Notes under the pieces: model-generated
Database searches by the model: none
The model's input: only the letters and a program-made list of their open reading frames with translations
What the model was told of the DNA's origin: nothing
From: Desulfobaccales bacterium
GTDB lineage: Bacteria > Desulfobacterota > Desulfobaccia > Desulfobaccales > 0-14-0-80-60-11
Direction of reading: 5' to 3'
DNA length: 64,000 nt
Assembly: GCA_052326585.1 (NCBI GenBank)
Contig: JBKQLU010000044.1
Coordinates: forward strand, 9,299 to 73,298
Made by a program: the position numbers and the translations under genes
In this document: positions 26,275 through 34,092 of the stretch, piece after piece
Layout of the letters: each line of letters starts with the position of its first letter
Position numbering within the stretch: the first letter of the stretch is position 1

Positions 26275-27054
26275 CTAAACCAAATAGTTCATTGTCAGAA
26301 CCAAGAGCGGAAAGGCAGTCAAAAGCAGGCCCAGGCGCAAATCCGGGGAGGGAACCGGCCCCGTAAAATAGGCCGGAACCATAATCTCCTCACTGTAGCC
26401 CCGCGAGACCATGGCATGGTATATTTTTGTGCTGCGGTCCAGGGATTTTGTCAGGACATGTATGGCGATGTTTCCGACATTACGGATCCGCTCCATCCAA
26501 GAGAGCCTGCGAAATGTCCTGCACATCTGGGCATGGCGCATATTGCGAGCCACTTCAGCCATGATGAAAACATAGCGGAACATCATGTCTGCAATATCTA
26601 CTATGATGCCCGGAAGCTTGAAGATGCGCAAAGTCTCCAGGATCTCCACCATGGGCGTGCTGCATGAAAGCACGCAGGCCATCGTCACCGCCGCCATAAT
26701 CCGCAGCATAATCAATATGCCGCGCCAGATACCCTCGGAATAGATCACCAAAGGAAAAGGCTTCGTGAGCAAGGTCGCCAGCGGATGGCTGCCATTGGTA
26801 AAGAGCAGGGTAAGGAAAACCAGCCAGGCGACTCCGAAGGGGATGAACAAACGTAGAGCCAGGAGGCGCCAGGGTAGACGCAACGTAGAGAATATGGCAA
26901 TGGCAGCCACCCATAAGGCGGCTGCCAAATACCAGTGTCTTACAACCGCGGCAACAATAATGGCAACCAGGAAAAACACGGTCTTCACACGCCCGTCTAG
27001 GCGCCGCAATGGCGTGTCCAGAATACCGACCGATTTGAAAAAATCTAGATCCAT
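26275..27054 (-). CDS. cbiQ: Cobalt ECF transporter transmembrane component CbiQ
   Basis: 259-aa membrane ORF between cbiN and cbiO. N-terminal LD.R.K pattern (RRLDGRVKTVFF). Confidence 0.8.
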   Translation of the reverse strand: MDLDFFKSVGILDTPLRRLDGRVKTVFFLVAIIVAAVVRHWYLAAALWVAAIAIFSTLRLPWRLLALRLFIPFGVAWLVFLTLLFTNGSHPLATLLTKPFPLVIYSEGIWRGILIMLRIMAAVTMACVLSCSTPMVEILETLRIFKLPGIIVDIADMMFRYVFIMAEVARNMRHAQMCRTFRRLSWMERIRNVGNIAIHVLTKSLDRSTKIYHAMVSRGYSEEIMVPAYFTGPVPSPDLRLGLLLTAFPLLVLTMNYLV

Positions 27055-27059
27055 CGTTA

Positions 27060-27425
27060 TTACATACCTTTGTCCTGCGGTGTTTCCTCTTTCCCGGCAT
27101 TTTTACCGAAGAGCACGGTCCACTGGTGCCCCACAATTATTCCTACGAAGAAATTGGCGATGGAAAAAGCTCCGACCTCGGCGTCCCCCGGAAGCTCAAC
27201 GAACGGATGAGATTTGCTGCCGGCGATCTCGGATGCCATGGCATTGACTTTATCGTCGGTGCCGTTGCCTTCCATCTTGTGACTGGCCATGTACTTGCCG
27301 GATATGAATATGCCTGTCAGGAAAATGAACATCACCAGTAGCATCACTTTAGAGAAGCTGTCAAACCAGTCAACGGCAGGTTTCTGGGTCTTCATCGTTT
27401 CAGCGGGCATACTAGCTCCTTTCAA
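27060..27425 (-). CDS. cbiN: Cobalt transport protein CbiN
   Basis: Small two-TM protein with GTDDK...EI...ELPGDAEVGAFS between the TMs. It overlaps the cbiM stop. The start is uncertain. Confidence 0.65.
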   Translation of the reverse strand: MKGASMPAETMKTQKPAVDWFDSFSKVMLLVMFIFLTGIFISGKYMASHKMEGNGTDDKVNAMASEIAGSKSHPFVELPGDAEVGAFSIANFFVGIIVGHQWTVLFGKNAGKEETPQDKGM

Positions 27426-28095
27426 TTATTGCTTTTTCGCTCTCCATCAAGACGCCGGGGATCAGATCCGGGCGCCTGGCGACCATCACCTGAACCACCA
27501 CCGCGGTGAATATCGCCTCCACAATTGCCAAAGGAAGCTGTGTAGGGCCGTAGCCCATAAAGAATATCAGCCACTGCTTAATTAGCGGCACATTCCCGTG
27601 AAGGCTGATGGCAAGCTGCAAAGCACTGACCAGATAAGTGGCAAGGTCACCGAAGAATCCAGCCAAACCCGCCGCCAGCCAAATCGGGGAACCAAACATC
27701 CTGAAGAGTTTCCAGATAAAGAAGCCGATAAACGTACCCGCAATTCCCATCGAAACGGTATTGGCGCCGATCGTCGTTATCCCGCCATGTCCAAGAAATA
27801 TCGCCTGGAAAAATAGGACGATGGCGGAAATAACAACTGTGGCGAAGGGGCCTACGATAATCGCAGCCAGCGGAGTACCGCAGGGATGAGAGCACGATCC
27901 GGTCACGGGTACTGGCAGGTGCATTGCCGAAATCACGAACACGGCTACTCCCACCATGGCGAGAAACGGCTTATAATACAAATTTTCCTTAACCCTTTTT
28001 TTGATTTCCATGACACCGGGCACAATCATTGCTGCTGTGGCGGCATACCAAACGGCACACGCCTGCGCAGTTAAGATGCCATCTTCAATATGCAT
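27412..28095 (-). CDS. cbiM: Cobalt/nickel ECF transporter substrate-capture component CbiM
   Basis: Begins MHIEDGIL (the metal-ligating MHIxEG N-terminus of CbiM/NikM). 227 aa, polytopic. RBS AAAGGAGGAGCAAA-ATG. Confidence 0.85.
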   Translation of the reverse strand: MHIEDGILTAQACAVWYAATAAMIVPGVMEIKKRVKENLYYKPFLAMVGVAVFVISAMHLPVPVTGSCSHPCGTPLAAIIVGPFATVVISAIVLFFQAIFLGHGGITTIGANTVSMGIAGTFIGFFIWKLFRMFGSPIWLAAGLAGFFGDLATYLVSALQLAISLHGNVPLIKQWLIFFMGYGPTQLPLAIVEAIFTAVVVQVMVARRPDLIPGVLMESEKAIIERS

Positions 28096-28273
28096 TTTGC
28101 TCCTCCTTTTCCATCCTCATTTTTAGCAGGAATTTCCACGCCCGCTAGTACAAGAGGAAGGTTTTGTAAAACTTAGTTATGACCATTTTGCCGGCATGAC
28201 TGTCCTTGCGCAAGTTGCCCCAATCTGGACTGCCATGCTCCACTAGCACCACCGCAAAAGAGAGCTTTTTTGC

Positions 28274-28588
28274 TCAATGCAGCACCCTTCCATGCAAGCA
28301 AGCGCCTGATGGGTCTTCCGCCACCCGAGCCACGCCCGTAAGGCGCACCGATGGACAAATGAGGCGCAGATGGTCGTGCTCCGGCGTGGTTACCAAAAGG
28401 TGGATCGATTCGCATCCCAGCCTCAACAGGAAATGCCAGGCATCATCCAATTCCAGGACTCCAGGCTGTGAGACCACAACTTCCATGGGGCCTGTAGGTA
28501 GGCTGAGCCCCTGATACCGGGTCCCGGCTTTCAGGCCATCCGGCGGTTCCCCGCCCAGTAAAAAAATTATTACTCCTTGTGTCATCAT
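28274..28588 (-). CDS. Small conserved hypothetical protein, paralog 2 (104 aa), first gene after the cobalamin riboswitch
   Basis: RBS GGAGGGC-ATGATG at 28588. The sequence is MMTQGVIIFLLGGEPPDG...VLELDDAWHFLL...HLLVTTPEHDHLRLICPSVRLTG..., collinear with 24156-24413. The ORF-track N-terminal extension would run through the riboswitch terminator, so I moved the start. Confidence 0.6.
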   Translation of the reverse strand: MMTQGVIIFLLGGEPPDGLKAGTRYQGLSLPTGPMEVVVSQPGVLELDDAWHFLLRLGCESIHLLVTTPEHDHLRLICPSVRLTGVARVAEDPSGACLHGRVLH

Positions 28589-28647
28589 GCCCTCCACGAT
28601 AGTGAGATAAGGGAGCCCGAGGCACTCCGAGGCATGATCCACCCGGA

Positions 28648-28946
28648 CAAAAAAAAACCTTGGGCCCGTGTGGACCCAAGGATTGCACCCAGTTTGCTTG
28701 ATCCCTGGCTGGCTGAGGAGATTTGCCATCTCTCCGCAGCCACTGCCCTCCCAATGCCTCGTTGGGGCAACAGTTCAGCTTACAGGCAGGTCTTCTGATT
28801 CCCGGATCTTTCTATTCCCTGCGCCTTCCCGTCCTCTTAAGAAAGGATAGTGGCTCTGTGCAGGTTTCGTCCCCGGTTACAGCGGCGGGACCACGCCGGT
28901 TTTACACCGGCTTCCCTTTTAAGCCCCGAAGGGCGCCTGTATGCTC
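28648..28946 (-). promoter_or_regulatory. Cobalamin (AdoCbl) riboswitch with terminator expression platform
   Basis: The minus strand reads ...AAAAGGGAAGCCGGTGTAAAACCGGCGTGGTCCCGCCGCTGTAACCGGGGACGAAA...GAGCCACTATCC...GGACGGGAAGGCGC...AATCAGAAGACCTGCCTG (B12 box). It is followed by CCTTGGGTCCACACGGGCCCAAGG plus T9 (28648-28681). Confidence 0.85.
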
Positions 28947-28957
28947 AATTTTATTGC

Positions 28958-28985
28958 ATCATAGATAAATTTTCCCCTTTGTCAA
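28958..28985 (-). promoter_or_regulatory. Sigma70 promoter of the riboswitch-cbi operon (TTGACA, 16 nt, TATGAT on the minus strand)
   Basis: Hexamers read directly from the sequence, immediately upstream of the riboswitch. Confidence 0.6.
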
Positions 28986-29231
28986 GAAGAAAAAGTGGAT
29001 GGGACACTTCTTCGCGGTCGTCTCGAATCGGGAGGTCGACACTGGTCCATCATATTTGTTTTGGCTAAATTGTTCATAAAGTTTGCCATGAGCGAAAATT
29101 ATTTGCGCAGAAGTAGAAGTTCCAGATATGGAATGGATAGGGGAAGGTTAAGGATCTTGATAAGTTCCCAGTCATAGCTGTTATCTGGCTAAAAGCCTCT
29201 TCCTCCATTTGTTAAATAACTGCCGCTCCGC

Positions 29232-31463
29232 TCAAAAGTGGGCGGTCAGCGCGAGACGGAAAGTGCGCGGCTCTGCTGCATGATACGTGAAGTCGTTGAC
29301 GCCTTGGGCCGGCTCCCCCGGCAGCCGGTTGGCGTAATAGTAGGTGATATCGGGGGCTTTCGTATTGAGAAGGTTAAAGATATCTCCTTCGATCTCCCAG
29401 GTCGGGTTGATTTTGTAAATGAGGTTAAAGTAGAGCAGAGTGGTATTGCGGGACCATTCGCTGCCGTCCTGGACGAGAGGGCGGGGGCCGAAATAGCGCA
29501 ACCGCAGGGTGGAGGTAAAACCGTAGATATCGTGCACCGTGACTCCCGAGTTGATAATCATGCCCGCGGCCTCGGGGACGTAACCTCCTCCGACGGGGTG
29601 TCCGCGGTAAAATGCCTGGGATTGGGCAAAATCGGCATCGATCGTCAGCCACTTCGTCGGTGTGTAATAGTTCGCCCACTCTACGCCATAGCGGCGACTG
29701 GGGCCAGTCGCTTCGGTCGTTCCCGTATCTCCGTCGAACACCAGTTCGGAATCGAGGTCGAGCACCCAACACGTCACCGTGCTTTGCAGGTTCGGGATGG
29801 CAAGCGTGCGCACGCCGACCTCGCCTCCTTGCGAGCGCGGCAGCGGCTTGGCCCTGCTCAGCTGGAGGCCGGTGGTCGGATCGAGGGTGGTGTTCGCGCC
29901 GCGCGCGTCGTTGGAGTGGAAGCCTTGGCCGGCGTTGAGATAGAACTCCGTCTGGTCCCAGGGGCCGAAGATCGCGGAAAGTTTCGGCTCCGGGACCGTG
30001 GCCAAGACAGTGCCGCTATTGTTGGAAAGGTAGGTTTCGTTACGCATCATGTAGAAGTCCTGGCGATAGCCCGCAACGGTGCGAAACCACGGAAGCCATT
30101 GTATCTTGTTCTCGAAGTAGGGCGCGGCGCTGGGTTCCTCAACATTGTCGACCCGGACGACGCTGATCACCTCGCGGTTCATGGTGTGAAAAAGACCGTC
30201 GTGGATTATGTCGTCGCGAATGTCGAGCCCGAGGGTGTTTTGCATGGGAAAGTTGCCCCAATTGCCGAACCAGGTGCGGGTGGCTTTGAGTCCCTGCACC
30301 CAGCGGGTGTCCCTTTGCTCGAACTGGTCCCCATGGACAGGATCATTCAAGAAAAAGGTGAAATCATTCCAGAGACCCATATTGTAATAATAAGCATATG
30401 CCATGATTTTAGTCGCGGAGTTATTACCGGTCTGGTGCCATTCACCCTCCAGGGTATAGCGGTCCGTAAAACCTCCGTCCGTCGGGGAGAGGTTTCCGAA
30501 ACGCGAGACGAGCCCTTCCGCCACGGCGCGCTCAGGTATCTGGTTGGTCGCAGTCCACGTGGGGGCGTTATAGCCCATGGCGGTCACGCTAAAGCCCTCG
30601 CTCTTGGTCCCTTGGCTATAGGTCATTACTCCATTGTACTTCATATAATTTTCGGGGGTTACCCATGGCCCGTCGGTGTGCACTGTTTCCAGGGCAAAGA
30701 GGAGGTTGCCCGGCCCGAGCTTCACCGAGTCGGCCAGCAACCCCCGCTCGTAGTTCCAGCTTCCGTATTCGACTTTGGCAATCCCGGTGGGAAGCGTCTT
30801 AAAGTAGTCAATGAATACAGAGCCCGCGGAGCCGAAGTCGCCCACGTTTGCGAAGTAGGGTCCTTTCTGGTAGTCAATTTTCTGGATCAATTCAGGGATG
30901 AGAAAGTTGAGATCCGTGTACCCTTGTCCATGGGCGTTCGTGGGCAGGTTGATGGGAACCCCGTTGACAAAGACGGCTATGTCGGTGCCGTGGTCGAGGT
31001 TAAAGCCCCGCAGGAAGTACTGGTTGGCCTTGCCGTCAGCGCTATGCTGGGTGACGATGAGTCCGGGCACGGTCTCGAGGACCTCTCCGGGCCGCGAGAT
31101 GGGGAGCTGTTGTATTTCTTTGGAGCCAACCGTGCCCTGCGATGAGCTATCAGCAATGCCGAGCATACTGGTGCTGCGCTCCTCCACCAATATCTCGGGC
31201 AATTGCTCTGTGCCTTTTGGGAGCTGGCCAATTTCATAGGTAAAAGCCCCTGCGGCCGGCGCCCCGCCGGAGGTGCCCGCACCGGACGTTTGGGCTGGGT
31301 TCTTGGGGACCTGGCCCGCCTTAGCGGGAGAGGTCACCGCAGGGACAGTTTGCTCCGACACGTCCCCGGCGCTGGGGGTTCCAGCTTCCTCCGCAGCCCA
31401 GGCACAGGCACTCAGGGCTATCCAAACCATGCAAGTACAAATAAGAGATGCTGCCCTTGCCAT
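29232..31463 (-). CDS. TonB-dependent outer-membrane receptor
   Basis: 743 aa with a signal peptide, a plug region (GEVLETVPGLIVTQHSADGKANQYFLRGFNLDHGTD), a long beta-barrel and a terminal ...RLALTAHF. Confidence 0.85.
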   Translation of the reverse strand: MARAASLICTCMVWIALSACAWAAEEAGTPSAGDVSEQTVPAVTSPAKAGQVPKNPAQTSGAGTSGGAPAAGAFTYEIGQLPKGTEQLPEILVEERSTSMLGIADSSSQGTVGSKEIQQLPISRPGEVLETVPGLIVTQHSADGKANQYFLRGFNLDHGTDIAVFVNGVPINLPTNAHGQGYTDLNFLIPELIQKIDYQKGPYFANVGDFGSAGSVFIDYFKTLPTGIAKVEYGSWNYERGLLADSVKLGPGNLLFALETVHTDGPWVTPENYMKYNGVMTYSQGTKSEGFSVTAMGYNAPTWTATNQIPERAVAEGLVSRFGNLSPTDGGFTDRYTLEGEWHQTGNNSATKIMAYAYYYNMGLWNDFTFFLNDPVHGDQFEQRDTRWVQGLKATRTWFGNWGNFPMQNTLGLDIRDDIIHDGLFHTMNREVISVVRVDNVEEPSAAPYFENKIQWLPWFRTVAGYRQDFYMMRNETYLSNNSGTVLATVPEPKLSAIFGPWDQTEFYLNAGQGFHSNDARGANTTLDPTTGLQLSRAKPLPRSQGGEVGVRTLAIPNLQSTVTCWVLDLDSELVFDGDTGTTEATGPSRRYGVEWANYYTPTKWLTIDADFAQSQAFYRGHPVGGGYVPEAAGMIINSGVTVHDIYGFTSTLRLRYFGPRPLVQDGSEWSRNTTLLYFNLIYKINPTWEIEGDIFNLLNTKAPDITYYYANRLPGEPAQGVNDFTYHAAEPRTFRLALTAHF

Positions 31464-31645
31464 AAATTCCTCCTTTCAGGTCCTTGGAACTCCAGCCACC
31501 CCAGGAAAAGAAAAGCCACGAAAATCAGGCGGCGTTCTGCCGCGGACCTTCGTGGCCACTCAAAACCTGTCTACGATCTTTTCTATTCGGGCAGACTTCC
31601 TGCCCCCCCGACAATTTTTAGTTTACTTAAGCGTCTTTAAGAAGT
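31450..31645 (-). repeat. Tandem repeat unit 1 (proximal). It carries the receptor leader with hairpin plus U-tract, the RBS, the ATG and the first 4-5 codons.
   Basis: Period 196 nt. GCTGCCCTTGCCATAAATTCCTCC recurs at 31450 and 31646. Homology runs to about 31610 in this unit and about 31808 in the other. Confidence 0.85.
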
Positions 31646-31808
31646 GCTGCCCTTGCCATAAATTCCTCCTTCCGGCTCCTGGAACTCAGGCCACCACAGG
31701 AAAAAAAAGCCACGAAAATCAGGCGGCGTTCTGCCGCTGGACCTTCGTGGCCACTGAAAACCTGTTGGCTATCTCTTCTTTGCGGGCGGACTTCGTGCCC
31801 CCCGATAA
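31646..31808 (-). repeat. Tandem repeat unit 2 (distal). It duplicates the leader, RBS and start codon, giving a 10-codon ORF MARAALLKDA*.
   Basis: Aligned by eye with unit 1. It begins at the predicted transcription start. Confidence 0.85.
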
Positions 31809-31817
31809 GTTGCCGGT

Positions 31818-31846
31818 TATATAGCGCCTTACTGAAATGTTGTCAA
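31818..31846 (-). promoter_or_regulatory. Sigma70 promoter of the TonB-dependent receptor (TTGACA, 17 nt, TATATA on the minus strand)
   Basis: Hexamers read directly from the sequence. Confidence 0.55.
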
Positions 31847-31917
31847 GCAATAATTCAGCGGGAAGGGAACCAAGCAATGCATCATTTACACCGGATGGGC
31901 TGGGAAAGCGATTCTGG

Positions 31918-31947
31918 TTGACTTCCGATGCAGGAGAGGGCTATAAT
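31918..31947 (+). promoter_or_regulatory. Sigma70 promoter of exbB-exbD-tonB (TTGACT, 18 nt, TATAAT)
   Basis: Hexamers read directly from the sequence. It is divergent from the receptor promoter. Confidence 0.55.
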
Positions 31948-32012
31948 TTTTGCCATTCAGGGAGATTGAACTCCCTGAAGATCGAACTAACCAGCGCAAT
32001 AAAGTAAATCCA

Positions 32013-32065
32013 AGCCATGAAGGCTCAATGGTCCGGAAGGACCGCAGCCGCATGGCTTTTTTTTT
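32013..32065 (+). terminator. Leader hairpin plus U9 (attenuator-like) immediately upstream of the exbB RBS
   Basis: AGCCATGAAGGCTCAATGGTCCGGAAGGACCGCAGCCGCATGGCT plus TTTTTTTTT, then AGGGAGG and ATG at 32077. Confidence 0.55.
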
Positions 32066-32076
32066 AGGGAGGATAC

Positions 32077-32772
32077 ATGGACATAACCAAGGCCCTGCTC
32101 AATTTGGCCCAGGGCGGGAGCGCGTGGGTGCTGTGGCTGCTCCTGGGATTGAGCGTCGCCTCAGTGGCGATCATCATCGACAAGGCCCTGACCTTTTACC
32201 GCTGCCGCTTTGACCCGGACCGCTTTGTGGCCGAGATCGAACCTGCTTTCAAGCAAGGCGACTGGCCCCAGGCCGTTTCCCGCTGCCAGGCTGAATCCGG
32301 TTTGGAAGGCCGGGTGCTATTGGCGGGCCTCAACGAGATTCCTTGGGGCAAAAGTGCGGTCCAGGACATCATGGAAGGCGAGCGGCTCAGGATGGTCCTC
32401 TTCCTGGAGCGGCGCTTGAGCTTCCTGGGCACCCTGGGAGCCAACGCCCCCTTCATCGGCCTATTCGGCACCGTCCTGGGCATCATCCATGCCTTCAAGG
32501 ACCTGTCCCTCACCGAGGGGGGCGGCGGCCCGGCAGTGATGGCCGGCATCGCCGAGGCACTGGTAGCCACTGCGGTGGGTCTCCTGGTGGCCATCCCCGC
32601 GGTGATGATGTACAACTTCTTTCATCGCCGCCTGCACGTGGTCCAGGAGCGTTCCCGGTTTCTCGAGCAGTTGCTCCTGGCCCATCTGGACCGTGACGCC
32701 GGGACCGGGGAGATTGCCCTCCCGGATACCGAACAGTCCAAACCTGCCGGCCAGGCCGGGAAGCTGGCATGA
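32077..32772 (+). CDS. exbB: MotA/TolQ/ExbB proton-channel protein
   Basis: 231 aa with conserved LGTLGANAPFIGLFGTVLGII and GIAEALVATAVGL blocks. Confidence 0.85.
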   Translation: MDITKALLNLAQGGSAWVLWLLLGLSVASVAIIIDKALTFYRCRFDPDRFVAEIEPAFKQGDWPQAVSRCQAESGLEGRVLLAGLNEIPWGKSAVQDIMEGERLRMVLFLERRLSFLGTLGANAPFIGLFGTVLGIIHAFKDLSLTEGGGGPAVMAGIAEALVATAVGLLVAIPAVMMYNFFHRRLHVVQERSRFLEQLLLAHLDRDAGTGEIALPDTEQSKPAGQAGKLA

Positions 32773-33164
32773 AAGGCAACATCCACGGGCCCATTACCGA
32801 GATCAACATGACCCCTTTCGTGGACATCGTGCTGGTCATCCTGATCATCTTTATGTTGACGGCCACGGTGATGATGCCCCGCACCTTTGCCATCGCCTTG
32901 CCCAAGGCCAGCCAGGCCGATAAGCTGGAGAGCATCCCCATTATCATCAGCATAGACCGGGAGGGGCATATAGCCGTGAATGGGATCAAACTGGCCCAGG
33001 ACAGCGACTTCGACAAGGTCTTCGAGGCTCAAAAACAGGGCAAGGAGCCCCAGGCGATCATCGCGGCGGACACCGATACCCATCATGGCCGGCTGATTGA
33101 AGTGATCGACCGCCTCCGGGGCCTGAAGGTGCAGCGCATCGGCATCGAAGTTGATCAAAAGTAG
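32769..33164 (+). CDS. exbD: Biopolymer transport protein ExbD/TolR
   Basis: 131 aa: ...INMTPFVDIVLVILIIFM... The start overlaps the exbB stop. Confidence 0.85.
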   Translation: MKGNIHGPITEINMTPFVDIVLVILIIFMLTATVMMPRTFAIALPKASQADKLESIPIIISIDREGHIAVNGIKLAQDSDFDKVFEAQKQGKEPQAIIAADTDTHHGRLIEVIDRLRGLKVQRIGIEVDQK

Positions 33165-33167
33165 CGC

Positions 33168-34007
33168 ATGGGAGAACGCTTTCAGTGTTGGGGTGATGTC
33201 TGGCAAGACCGGGGCGCCTGGTTTTGGGCAGTGCTGGCTTCTCTGCTGGCGCATGGCCTGTTCGTAGCGGTCGTGGTGGCAGTCTTTCAGGGAGGACCAT
33301 CAAGGCCGCGAATTGTGGTGCCGGTGGAAGCCGTTACCCTGGTGCCCTTCAACCCGGGACCAGCCGGAGGTGGCGGAGGCCGGCCCGCCCCGGTGGCCAA
33401 GCCCGAGGCCGCCGCGCTCAAGCCGGCGCCCCCGAAACCCCAGGCCAAACTCTTCAAGCCTCCCAAGATCAAGCGGGTTCCGCCGCCACCGTTGGAACCC
33501 AGCGCCGCGCCGGTAATCCCTATACCGGCGCCGCCAGCCGCGAGCACCAGAGCTAAATCTGCGCAAACCGCAATCACTAGCAGCAGGGCCATTGGCCCAG
33601 GGGTCCCGGGCGGCCTCCCGGGTACGGGCGAAGGGGGCCAGGGCGGAGGACTGGGAACCGGGACCGGCGGTGGTATTGGCCAAGGTGAGGGGCCTGGCTC
33701 AGGGGCCGGTTCGGCGCTCCAAGGCTATCTCAAAGAGGTTCGCCGGCTGTTGGAAGAGCAGAAGGAGTATCCTCTCATGGCCCGTCGCCGCCAGCTCCAA
33801 GGAGTAGTGGTGCTGGAGTTTACCATCGCCGCCGGCGGCGAGATCGAATCCTATGGGGTCAGCCGCTCCTCGGGGCAAGACCTGCTGGATGAGGCCGCCA
33901 AAGAAACCATTCGCAGAGTCGGCCACTTTCCCCCATTTCCCGCCAACCTGAACCGTCGGAAGTTGTCCATCGCAGTCCCCCTGGCGTTCCACTTACGTAC
34001 TGATTAG
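33168..34007 (+). CDS. tonB: TonB family energy-transducer protein
   Basis: N-terminal TM segment, a Pro-rich spacer (KPEAAALKPAPPKPQAKLFKPPKIKRVPPPP), and a TonB_C-like end (YPLMARRRQLQGVVVLEFTI...). Confidence 0.85.
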   Translation: MGERFQCWGDVWQDRGAWFWAVLASLLAHGLFVAVVVAVFQGGPSRPRIVVPVEAVTLVPFNPGPAGGGGGRPAPVAKPEAAALKPAPPKPQAKLFKPPKIKRVPPPPLEPSAAPVIPIPAPPAASTRAKSAQTAITSSRAIGPGVPGGLPGTGEGGQGGGLGTGTGGGIGQGEGPGSGAGSALQGYLKEVRRLLEEQKEYPLMARRRQLQGVVVLEFTIAAGGEIESYGVSRSSGQDLLDEAAKETIRRVGHFPPFPANLNRRKLSIAVPLAFHLRTD

Positions 34008-34092
34008 ACACAGACCCTCGGAGAAAAGGTCGCTCAGGTGGAAATGTAGGTAAAAGAATCGGAGGCTTAGATGGAAGCCCGATAAGCGATAT

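Noticed and set aside
28443-28968. Several 60-150-aa ORFs on both strands between 28.4 and 29.0 kb, including the N-terminal extension of ORF 28274-28729
   Set aside because: The region is occupied by a cobalamin riboswitch, its terminator and its promoter on the minus strand. The extension would have to be translated through the terminator. A good RBS plus ATG exists at 28588.
29238-31145. 635-aa ORF on the + strand
   Set aside because: Antisense shadow of the TonB-dependent receptor. The receptor has a signal peptide, a plug and a terminal Phe.
31450-31808. CRISPR-like array
   Set aside because: There are only two long (196-nt) tandem units with no short repeat/spacer periodicity. It is a duplicated leader, not a CRISPR array.
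31464-31846. Cobalamin riboswitch upstream of the TonB-dependent receptor (BtuB-like expectation)
   Set aside because: There are no B12 box, GCCACTG or GGGAAGGC blocks. The structured leader is therefore reported as an unknown element instead.
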